DNA from: Octopus sinensis
Taxonomy: Eukaryota
DNA length: 64,000 nt
Direction: 5' to 3'
Assembly: GCF_006345805.1 (NCBI RefSeq)
Contig: NC_043010.1
Location: 36,890,001 to 36,954,000, forward strand
The notes under the pieces were generated by a model. It ran no database searches. It had not been told where the DNA came from and saw only the letters and a program-made list of their open reading frames with translations. Each line of letters opens with the position of its first letter. Position 1 is the first letter of the stretch. The position numbers and the translations under genes were made by a program. Of this stretch, positions 53,341-64,000 are shown piece by piece.

Positions 53341-54289
53341 TATACACATATATATATATATACATCCAACAATAACAATAAAACTTTGTTTTATTAAGTG
53401 GTATTGTTTATGAATGATATAAATATATCAACGCTTTAATGAAATAAATGTGAACACTAAGTTCTTGGTTCGAATCGTTCTTAGGGTGGTTTGCTCGACA
53501 AGCATTGGAATAAGAATGTGTACATAGTCCGTAGATTCTAAGGACTTAATATGAATTCTATTCATTCATCCATCCTGTGTGAAAAAGACAAGAACAATTA
53601 TTAGTTTGTTCTTTTCGAAAGAAACTGAACGAAACTTATGTAACGTTATGTTTTAAGGATTTTTATTATTTTAGCCCACTCGATGCAGTGTTCGAATCCA
53701 ATCAGGGGGTTCAAAGTGTCTCTCATCCTTCACTGGGTATTCGTACACACGTAGATAGACGTAATAGGTAATATATAGGGTATGTCTATAAGCCATTTTA
53801 TCAACGTTATACACTCAAAACAAAGAAGAGTGTGTATGTTTATTTAGACTTGTCTCATCATTATATGCCGTTTATATAAAAATTAACTTTCTTTTAGTTA
53901 ACCTTTTTGGAAAAAAATTCCTTCTGGGAAAAATAAATAAAATAGTATATATAGTTAAAGAAATCAACAATAAAGAAAAACAATTTTAAAGAATCGTCAT
54001 CCAAGAACTTAATCAGCTGTTTGATAAGTTCTTCCACATTGACGAATCGTTGACATATATATGTATGTATGTGTGTGTATATATGTATATTCTAAGTTAT
54101 TTATTAATAACTTCTAAATTGGCTTTGAATAATTTAAATTTTTTTTTTGTCCTTTTCGGTAAAAAAAAATGAAAGAAAGCATCCTAAACTTAACTGGTTA
54201 TTATGCATATTATTTCTGTTTATTATTCATGATAATTCCTTTGATTTGGGAGTTCTGTTCTGTTAAGATTCATTTTCTAAATTTCTATG

Positions 54290-54347
<58 letters not shown>

Positions 54348-55174
54348 GCATTCAATTGTCTCTTGCATATTACAAACGGTAAAAATCTACCAAGTCTTCT
54401 GAAACGTGTCTTTTTACTCAAATAACAAGTAAAGAAATATTAATAATGATAATAATGTTTATCATAATTATTATAATTCCAATGAGATATTTCTGAATCT
54501 TAAAAATCTAAGAGGTTTCTTTTTCTTTCTCTTCTGAATGTATTTATTTACATAGTTTATTGTTATCATGTTGTCTATATAATAATATCCACTTCTGCTT
54601 CTTTCTTTTTTTTTATCATTTATCAACTGACAAATTTACGTTTCAATTCATAAACTGTCATATAAACCAATTTTAATTCGTGTTTTTCTTTGAGGTCGGG
54701 GGAAGCTTATTTTACCTATAATAATAATAATAATAATTAACGAATTATTATCTTCACTATTTCTTTTTTTTTTTTACTAAACAAGAGAATAAAGCATGAT
54801 CAGATGGAATATTGATTGTAACCACGTGAGAATTTATATTATACGATTTCTCTTCCAATCCGGACAAAATAAATTCCGAGACGAGAGTCAGCCTCCACGG
54901 TACCGGCTTTTAGCACTAGCTTATGTTAGTAGAGTTACCATTAGGTATTATTATAGCTAGACGATTTGGTTATTGTTGAATGACGTTTACCACTCACTAG
55001 AATCGGACTAATAACTCGGTTAATCTAAAGAACGACATCGTGAAAGGTGATGTACATTTATATCTGTGTATATATATGTATGTATGTGTGTGTGTGTGTG
55101 TGTATATACTAATGTACATTTATATCTGTGCATATGTGTGTGTATACATGTTTACTGTAGGTATAGCTGTGTAT

Positions 55175-55575
55175 ACGTATGTCTCTGTATAGCTATGTGT
55201 ATATATATATATATATAATGCATAGCTGTGTATGTCTATGTATAACTACTTGTATGTATATGTATGTGTTTACATCTGTTATATATCTGTGGATGTGTGT
55301 GTATGCCTGTGTGTATACCTATGTATGTGTGCATATGTCTATATCAATAATTGTGTTTATGGAAATCAATGTATATGTATGTCTCTGTATAGCTATGTAT
55401 ATATACGAATGCTTAGCTATGTAAATATATCTATGTATAACTACTTGTATGTATATGTATGTGTTTACATCCGTTATATATCTGTGGATGTATGTGTGTA
55501 TGCCTGTGTATATTCTATGATGTATGTGTGTATATGTCTGTATATCAATAACTATGTTTATGGAAATCTATGTAT
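55175..55575. repeat. Tandem duplication of an about 195-200-bp microsatellite-derived unit
   Basis: GTCTCTGTATAGCTATGT at 55181 and 55381; CTATGTATAACTACTTGTATG at 55236 and 55431; both units end TTTATGGAAATC. Confidence 0.85.
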
Positions 55576-56199
55576 GGCTATATATATCTATTTGCACATC
55601 TTTGTGTGTATGTGTTTATATGCATTTGTGTACCTGTATGTATCCATGTATGTATATATATATATGTATAAGCAATATCTGCAATGTCTAAAACAAACCA
55701 ATGAAAGGACCCACAGACACTGAACAGAAGACCAGAGCTTAAAATATGTAATGTCATGGGAGGTAAAAGATTCGGCAATGGACAAGGCTTTTCCAATCTT
55801 AATAACATAAATCACCAAGATTGAACAACAACAGCAAACATACATGTACCTATTTGTGAAGAAATGATTTCATAACAAACTTGGATCTTGCTATAATATG
55901 TCGGTCAATGGGCAGAGAACCTCCGTGTTTAGAAAAGAACAAACTATGTCATCCTTAATCAGCTGAGGGTTCAGTTTTAATATATTATTATTATTACACA
56001 ATTCAAACTTGCTGGATCTATAACCAACAGGTCTGAGGCTCGCATCTAGATTATAATATCCAATATTTCATTGTGCTTTTTCATGCATGCCATATCTTTA
56101 TGTACATATGTATACCTGGCTGTGTGTATGTTCTTTATTGACTAAAGTACCAGAAGCTGTTATATACTCAAGGTCGCAATGTACTTTGAATTCTTTCTT

Positions 56200-56700
56200 C
56201 GTTTAACTAAATTGTTTCCCCATTGTCTTGGAGACCGACTGAGAAGTTTGTTCTGATTTCATTGGTATCACTTGGCAACTTGGAAACGTCCACTTCTTAT
56301 CAGTGAACCTTCTGACTTGTCCAACTTAGAGGAATTTGTGCTTTTGGTATTCTGCAATCATGATATTTAATCCATTCTATTCATAAATTACCTCACTTTA
56401 GATATACTCTCGCCATGGGCCTTAGGATTGTAGCCCATCACAGTTCTTTCATTTTCATTATAGCCCATATCTCACTTGTGCATAAGAACACAGGTAGAGC
56501 AGTACCATTGGAGAGCCAAGCATGTAGGGTCTTGTCTAGCCTTGCTTTGAGCACATCATTTATCAAGATAAATACCTTCCTCTTGCCTTTATTCTCTATG
56601 AGATTTCAGCATCCATGTCTCGGTGCATATTTACTGCATGCCACACTCAAGTACACGTACTTCTTTACCTTGATTTCACTATTCCACATGTTTATTCAGC
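56200..56700 (-). mobile_element. RTE-clade LINE, 3' ORF relic (frameshifts, stops), antisense in the MAEA intron
   Basis: Minus-strand translation across frameshifts: KVKKYVYL..NMHRDMDAEIS*RIKA..INDVLKARLDKTLHAWLSNGTALPVFLCTSEIWA..VGQVRRFTDKKWT, resembling the RTE YVYLG..LFNSTVLPAMLY.SETW..WAGHV.RFTDNRWT region. Confidence 0.8.
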
Positions 56701-57240
56701 TTTGTCCTATGTCTTCAGGCTGTTTCCCTGTCTTCCTGGGAGACATCGGCTGTCATCAGAACACATTGTATGTCATGTCACCACATTCCTGTGACTTTAT
56801 CAGAGAGCACACAGTTGATGGATCTTATAGTGACCATGACCAAGATACAATTGCTTATGTCTTAACAAGCGTTACATGAGTACCATAAGGAAGGAGATAA
56901 AGTTCAATTATGCAAACAGCTGTATGAATAGCTAACAAAGTACTGGACTCATATTTCTTGTTTAAGTTGCTTAGGAAGAAGGTAGCTGATCCTTCTTGGA
57001 TACACTTTATTAAGAATTGTTTTCAAAGCTTACTTCTGTTTTACACTGATTTCCATTTTCTAACTATTTCCCTACCTTTTCTTCTGTGATTGAAATATTT
57101 GTTCTGCTTCTATCTTCTAAGCCTCCACATTTACTACTTGCTTCACCATGAGCTCTACATTTCATGCTCTCAACAAAACTCCTTCCCAACTTTTCTTTTC
57201 CAGATCCCTAGTTTCACCTGCACATTCATAGTCATCGCCT

Positions 57241-57660
57241 GAAAAAGCACTTAATCACTCCAGGCTGATCAGTCTCATTGCTATCCCTTTTATTACCCTC
57301 AAACTATCTTCTCTAAAACTAGCTCTTATCCTTGTCATTCACTTCAGTTTAACTCCCTCTACACCAATCTATCCCAAAGAAAGGCAACCTCTCCGAGCTT
57401 GCCAACTGCTATTCCATTGCTCTCACTTCAAACTTATCGAAAGTAAGTGAAGTAGTTATAAATAATCACCCCTTTTACCAACCTTGAATCTTTCACTGTT
57501 CTCAATCACTACCATTCTGGCTTTCATAGTGTCAGAACCACTGGAGACTTCCTCTCGTGTCTCACACAAGAATTCTTCCTTGCCTTTGAGAACCTCTGTG
57601 AAAGCAATGTTATTACAGTTAGCATCTAAAATCTTTCATACTCATCTAACACTAGCAGGC
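57241..57660 (+). mobile_element. CR1/L2/Jockey-group LINE reverse-transcriptase relic
   Basis: IPFITLK..LALIL..IPKKGNLSELANCYSIALTSNLSKVSE / NLESFTVLNHYHSGFHSVRTTGDFLSCLTQ matches RT motifs PIPKKG..NYRPIALTS.LSKV.E..Q.GFR..RST.D. Confidence 0.8.
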
Positions 57661-57870
57661 TCGCTTGCTATGCTGCATTAAGGAAACATTTACAAGAGTC
57701 CATTTGCTTCTTGCAAAAGGTTCCATGAATACAACTAATGATAACTTAATCAACAAACTTTATTAATCCTTTCAAATATACAAGATGAGGCTTTAACTTC
57801 AAATCCTTACCTATTTCAAAAACATCTAAAGCAAAATCAAAAAATACATATGCAGCTAATTCTCACAACC

Positions 57871-58182
57871 ATGTGGAGGCGCAGTGGTCCAGTGGTTAGG
57901 GCAGCGGATTGCAGTCGGAGGATTGCAGTTTCGATTCCCAGACCGGGCGTTGTGTGTGTTTATTGGGCGAAAACACCTAAAAGCTCCACGAGGCTCCGGC
58001 AGGGGGTGGTGGTGACCCTTGTTGTACTCATTCGCCACAACATTCTTTCACTCTCTCTTCCCTTTTCTTGAGTAACGCGGTGATGGACTGGCGTCCCGTC
58101 CAGCTGGGGGGAACATATACGCCACAGAAACCAGGAAAGTGGACCCATGAGCCTGGCTAGGCTTAAAAAGGGCGTAAAAAAA
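57871..58182 (+). mobile_element. Young full-length tRNA-head SINE with a Meta-like central domain and TSD (family E)
   Basis: GGAGGCGCAGTGGTCCAGTGGTTAGG head, TTCGATTCCC B-box-like, TGATGGACTGGCGTCCCGTCCAG...GCCACAGAAACC domain, A tail; 13-bp TSD AAT(T/C)CTCACAACC at 57858-57870 and 58183-58195. Confidence 0.8.
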
Positions 58183-58769
58183 AATCCTCACAACCTAAAA
58201 TTACTGGCCCTATGCCAATATTTGAAACCATTAATATTACTATTATCGTAATACAAATTATTGTAATATTATTTCAGGTCTGTAAGGGTAGCATAAACAG
58301 TAATGCACTGAGCAGTAATTAATTTTTTTAATTAATGACCAAGTTCAAGTCCTCCCAGTCAGCCTCAGCACTGCATTTTATTCCATTATTGATCTACATG
58401 AAATATTCACTGTGCCACTTGGTGCTGGTGCCATGTAAAAAGCACTAGTGATGGTGCCACATAAAAAGCACCCAGTATACTCTGTAACAAATTAAGAAGG
58501 ACATCAAGCCAAAAACAGACTATGGAACCAGGTGCAGCCCTTGGCCTTACCACCTCTTATCAAGCTGTCCAACCCATGCAAGCATAAAAAATGGACATTA
58601 ATTTGAGGATGAGTTCAATAAACTACAGCTACTCCTACACATTATTTGTCCATGTGTGTGTAGGTACAAATTATATCATGCAAACAAGGTCAAGGGACCA
58701 CAGACTGACCAGGGTGCACCGAAACCCAAGTAACAAGATATCACCAACAGAGCTTTTTACTTCATATAT

Positions 58770-59160
58770 ATATTATTTGTTTCAGTCATTTGACTGCAGC
58801 CATGCTGGAGCACAACCTTGAGGGGTTTTTAGTTGAACAAATCGACCCCAGGACTTATTTTTTAAACCTAGTACTTATTCTATCAGTCTCTTTTGGCTTA
58901 ACTGCTAGGTTACAGGGACGAAATTGTGCCAACACCAGTTGTCAAGCAGTGATGGGGGAACAAAACAGACACAAAGACACACACACATAGATATATATAT
59001 ATATATATCCAACTTCTTTCAGTTTCTGTGTGCCAAATCCACTTGTAAGGCTTTGGCCTGCCCAAGGCTATAGTAGAATACACTAGCCCAAGGTGCCACG
59101 CAGTGGAACTGAACCTACAACCATGTGGCTGGGAAAGAAGCTTCTTACCACACAACCATG
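58770..59160 (-). mobile_element. SINE family A, full length
   Basis: Tail TTTCAGTCATTTGACTGCAGCCATGCTGGAGCAC through head CCAAGGTGCCACGCAGTGGAACTGAACC; a second decayed copy follows at about 59170-59515. Confidence 0.85.
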
Positions 59161-62100
59161 TATGTATAATTTGTTACTTCAGTCATTGGAATGCAGCTAT
59201 GCTGAGGTACCATCTTTAACGATTTAATCAATTAAATTATTACCAGTACTAAATGTAAATCTGGTACTTGATTCATTGATCTCTTTTTGCCAAACCTCTA
59301 AGTTACAGAGACTTTAAGAAACCAACACCAGCAGTCAAGCAGTAGGAGACATAAAGACACACCCATATTGAATGAGATTCTGTAAAGTTTCCTTCATCCA
59401 CAATCACTTACAAGGCAGTCAAACTATAATGGAAGGCACTTGCCCAAGATGCCACTTAGTGAGACTGAATCTAAAATCTTGTTGCTATGATGGAAACTCC
59501 TTGACACACAGTCTTGCATACTTCTATATGAATATATTTTATCCCTTAGTCAGGAGAGAAGACAGTGCCCATGACCCTTAACATAGCTTCTGAAACTTGT
59601 GGAAGAAGAAGAAAGGTATCCTTAAACTGCAAATCTAGCCTGAATGCTTGCAATCGTGGACTCCACTAAAGGCTACCAAAATACTACATCATCATCATCA
59701 TCAAACGAGTGTTTTCCATGCTGGCATGGGTTGGACAATTTGACTGAAAACCAGTAAGCTGAGGAGCTGCACCTGGTTTGAGTTTGATTTGGCATGGTTT
59801 CTACAGCTGGATACATTTCCTAACACCAACCACTCCAAAAGTATCGGTGTTAAACTGGCAAATTTCTGTAAGCCACCCAAGTAGGCCTTGGTAAGACTTG
59901 AACTCAGAACATAGAACTGGAGCAAATATGACTAGTCGTCTGGCCCAAGGTTCTTAAAGTTCTACCAATCCACCACTCTGGATTGGCACTTTTATTTTTC
60001 AACAACCATGGAAGAATATAAGGCAAAGTTAACCTCTGGGATTTGAACTCAGACATCAGAGAATCAAAAAATATGTCACAAGGCATTCCATTCAACACAC
60101 AAATGACTATTGATTCTTTACGTATCTATAAACAACATCACCAAAACTGTATTGCAAAGACTAGGATTTCTTTTTAATGCATGGATATACTTTAACCCCA
60201 ATTAGGTGCTCAAGTTCATATAACTCCTAAGTTAAGATTACTGCTCAAAATGTATGGGACAGTACTGTTGCTGCTGTGCACAGATATCTTAGACTACATC
60301 CAAAACAAGGTCGTAAGTCATTCATCAACACACAATCAGTGATTCACAAATACACAGTTTTCTCTTTCTTTGCCCTGTTCTGTTGCTATTATATGCCCTT
60401 TGCTGCACTGAGCCATCTAACTTAAATGAAAATATTCCTTTTCAGTGAGGCTTTACTCTCTTATTCTTTTGTTACCCTTATTGTGTTTTACCTCAATGAC
60501 ACCACCACATAAAACAGTTTCTCTAGCCCTTTCTCCCTGAACTGCAACCCTCTGAAAATGCTTCCTCTGCTCGTGCTTTCATCTACAGATGTTTAAATTG
60601 AACATCCTTTACATCAACCTCACAATACAGCAGCCTTGTAGTAACACAGAGAAATGATGGGTATTCAAGGATGAGATGCAGTGGTGTAAATGCTTGCCAG
60701 AGCAGAGAGAGATGAGGAGGGACAGGGCCTCATGTACAAGCATAACCAAGGTGGTTCTAGGATATTATTTCCATGGTGACAGAGAGGTTTTCTCAGCCGA
60801 AATGATAGGCAATTTTCTGTGCTTCTTTCCCCTCATCTAAATGAGTGTAAATGTAAATATTAAAACAGCACCAAAATTTGTTCCAAATCACACCTTACTA
60901 TGTTAATATAGGAAATATACACTGGATACTGTAAGCCTCTATACATATAAAAATGCATGGTAATTAATCATCATCATTGTTTTTTAACAGACAGAATTTG
61001 TTGAGGTAGACTTTCTACAGCTGGATGCCATTCCTGTTGCCAACCCTTATATTTTAAGCAAAGTAATATTTCCCCATGTCAAGATAAGGGGATACAAACA
61101 CACACATACACTAAGCTGAACACAATAGGCTACTTTCAGTTTCTGTCTACCAAATCCTCTTGCAAGGCTTTTGCTGGCCAAGGGCTATGATAGATGACGT
61201 TCACCCAGGGCATCACACAGTAGGACTGAACCTGGAACCATGTGGTTGGGGAGCAAACTTTTAATTACACATCCATGCCTGCACAGAACACAGGTCCTCC
61301 AAATGTAGGAAATTGCTATGACATAATGTTGGTAATGGTTTTGATGTTGGTTGTTGTTCTTAGTTCTAATCAAGGAGACCTTGTAGATGTTGTTGCTGCT
61401 TCACACATCCAGAACAAAAGTACCTGTCTATTTGGAAAGGACTACCTGATCCTCCAAAATTACTATGATCTAATCTATTGATACCTTGTCCCCTGTCCAT
61501 CACTCTTACTATTCTGTCACTCCTGAAACAATCTCTGATCCTCAGAACTAGCTAGATTCATATGCATCCTCTCAGCCTCTCATGGAAGATCCACCCTTTA
61601 TTTTCATTGCTTGTACTGTCTCTTTCAGTTGCCTCTTTTTCTTGCACCAATCACTATATCAAATCCTCCCATTCCAGACTGTACATGTTTTTCCTGCAAC
61701 TGTGGACTTACAGATGCTTAAATTGACCATCACTTCTAATGGTCTCACCAGCTTATAAAGCTTGAGGGTAAACCAATATGTCCAGCTGATTCATTCTTCA
61801 ATGTTTGACATGGGGAGGAGGAGTTCTTCCAACTACATAATAGTTTTATTATACAGGTTTACAATCTTCAATGTGATCTCAACCTACTAGAAATAAGTCA
61901 GACATCTCTCAAATCACACTCTAAATCATCATCAACAATTAACATCTGTCTTACATGCTGGCATGGGTTGGATGGTTTGATAGGAGCTGGCAAGGCCAGG
62001 AGCCACACCAGGTTGCCATAGTCTGTTTTTGTATAGTTTCTACTAATGGGTGCCTTTCTTAATGCCAACCACTTTACAGATGTACTGAGTGCTTTAATGC

Positions 62101-62373
62101 AGAGGGGTACATTTGATAAATGGGATGGTCACAACTGGAATGATTTTAAGTATAGGTTTACTCAGTCAGGCTGGACCTGAAGTTAATACTCATCATCATA
62201 AGCATGTAAATCCCAGTTTTGTTTTGTTATCCAATGTGTCCTGTTTTTAAGATGGTAAAGTGTGATTTCAGTGGAATTTTATTACCAATTTCTTCCTAGT
62301 TTAGCAACTGCATCCAGGCTCCTTCATTGTTGGTATTGAGTGGTAGCATGCCTCAGCTAAGAATCCATAAAAG

Positions 62374-62678
62374 TAAAGACCCCCTTCGGTCATGAATGAC
62401 CAGGGGATTGCACCTAGGAAGTTACCCTCTAAGGCACAAGTTCAGGCAAGGATTTCACCCATACATACCAGCCTCCACTTTCCATGCCACTGATGTTGTC
62501 CAAGGAAAGGCAAAAGCCAATGCAGCTTGACACCAGTGATGTCACAACTCATTTCTACAGCTGAGTGAACTGGAGCAACATGAAGTAAAGTGTCTTGCTC
62601 AAGAACGCAAAACACATCCCTGTCCAGGAATCGAACACACTTTCATGATTGTGAACTTGATGCTCTAACCACTGAGCC
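62374..62678 (-). mobile_element. tRNA-derived SINE family F
   Basis: Minus strand GGCTCAGTGGTTAGAGCATC A-box head, GTTCGATTCC B-box, TTCTTGAGCAAGACACTTTA CORE-like segment, tail ending GAAGGGGGTCTTTA. Confidence 0.75.
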
Positions 62679-63092
62679 TTGAATCCATACACAATCTATT
62701 ACCCTGTGGCATTGGAATCAACTGGGAAAACCAGTTATGTCATTTGTGGTAGTTCAAATGTAATTCTGTCATGTGTATAGTTCAGGCTAAAAGCATAATC
62801 TATGATTAACCCTTTAGCATTTAAACTGGCCATATCCAACCCAAATGTTCCACCTATTTTATATTCAAACTGACCAGATCTAGCCTCTCATACCCATCCT
62901 ACAATTTCATTCTAAAAGTAAACAATTGCATCACTGAGATCTTGAAGCTACGAGATATTATGCATCATTAATTCAAAACAATGTGAATAAATAAACATTA
63001 CATAAAATGAAACCGTATTAAATGGGAGGTATTATAATATTATAGCAGCATAAATAGAGATAGGTGCTTTGTTAGCTATCTTTAACAGTGAT

Positions 63093-63477
63093 ATACTCTT
63101 TTACTTGTTTCAGTCATTTGACTGCGGCCATGCTGGAGCACCGCCTTTAGTCGAGCAAATCGACTCCAGAACTTATTCTTTGTAAGCCTAATACTCATTC
63201 CACCAGTCTCTTTTACCGAACCACTAAGTTACGGGGACATAAACACACCAGCATCGGTTGTCAAGCGATGTTGTGGGGGACAAACACGCACACACACACT
63301 CACATATATATACATATATATGACGGGCTTTCAGTTTCCGTCTACCAAATCCACTCACAAGGCTTTGGTTGGCCTGAGGCTATAGTAGAAGACGCCCAAA
63401 GTGCCACGCAGTGGAACTGAACCCGGAACCATGTGGTTGGTAAGCAAGCTACTTACCACACATCCACTCCTGCGCCT
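63093..63477 (-). mobile_element. SINE family A, full length, young (CpGs retained)
   Basis: Near-consensus head (GGCGCAGGAGTGG..GTGGTAAGTAGC on minus) and tail; another tail starts at about 63853 and runs off the window. Confidence 0.9.
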
Positions 63478-64000
63478 ATACGAATACAAATGATGATGAT
63501 TAGCATCACTGAAAGACTGATAACTCCAGGAACTTACTGTTATGCTCACCAAGCACTTAATGATCTAAAGTTAAGATAAAATTAGGAAACAAGTTGCAGT
63601 AATTAAGATCTAATGTCATGAAATAACGAAGCAAGTTAACCCTTTGCCTTTTATGTATCACATTGGACAAAGCTGTATCAGAGATGAAGGTCCAAGTTTC
63701 TGTTCTTCCTCTCACCACATCAATTGCTTTTGAAAGAAGGCATTTAAACCATTTGATACGAAACTGTTTGAAACTGCCATTAGTTCTTCCGTACAAATTC
63801 TATATTTTAAAGTGATCTAAGTTTCAAAAGAAGAATCAGAATTTTGTGTTACTCTTTTATTTGTTTCAGTCATTTTGATTGCGGCCATGCTGGAGCACTG
63901 CCTTTAGTCAAACAATAGTACTTATTCTATCGGTCTCTTTTGCTGAACTGCAAAGTTACGGGGGACATAAGCATACCAACATCAGTTGTCAAGCAATGGT

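Noticed and set aside
53460-53720. GGTTCGAATC / GTTCGAATCC motifs suggesting tRNA genes (also near 12980)
   Set aside because: No cloverleaf can be built; these are decayed SINE B-box fragments.
61460-61830. Possible additional LINE relic on the minus strand
   Set aside because: Composition is suggestive but no diagnostic RT or endonuclease motif could be read.

Overview
Eukaryotic, AT-rich, microsatellite-laden animal DNA. The SINE and MITE repertoire looks like Octopus (coleoid cephalopod); this is recognition, not a database result. No prokaryotic genes, CRISPR arrays, rRNA or true tRNA genes are visible, and nearly all supplied ORFs are microsatellite or repeat artefacts. The one clear protein-coding feature is the first coding exon of MAEA (CTLH/GID E3 ligase subunit; MADVKALEHPTLK|gtaaac, + strand, 53050-53088), followed by an intron longer than 10.9 kb. 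A divergently transcribed minus-strand gene is inferred. It has several candidate 5' exons (near 50.6-52, 48.4-48.6, 36.1, 33.1, 31.4 and 21.3-21.9 kb) and a CpG-poor body over 1-21 kb; its main coding exons were not found in the window (CtBP is a synteny-based guess only). The rest is transposon-derived: several tRNA-type SINE families, a MetaSINE-like insertion with TSD, RTE and CR1/L2-type LINE relics, piggyBac-, mariner- and Merlin-like MITEs (including a 35-bp micro-element with a perfect 8-bp TSD), a Helentron-type HINE, a Penelope-type fragment with a minimal hammerhead ribozyme motif, an 834-bp segment bounded by 45-bp inverted repeats, and large compound satellites. SINE family letters A-G are working labels, and repeat boundaries are read by eye and approximate unless TSDs are quoted.
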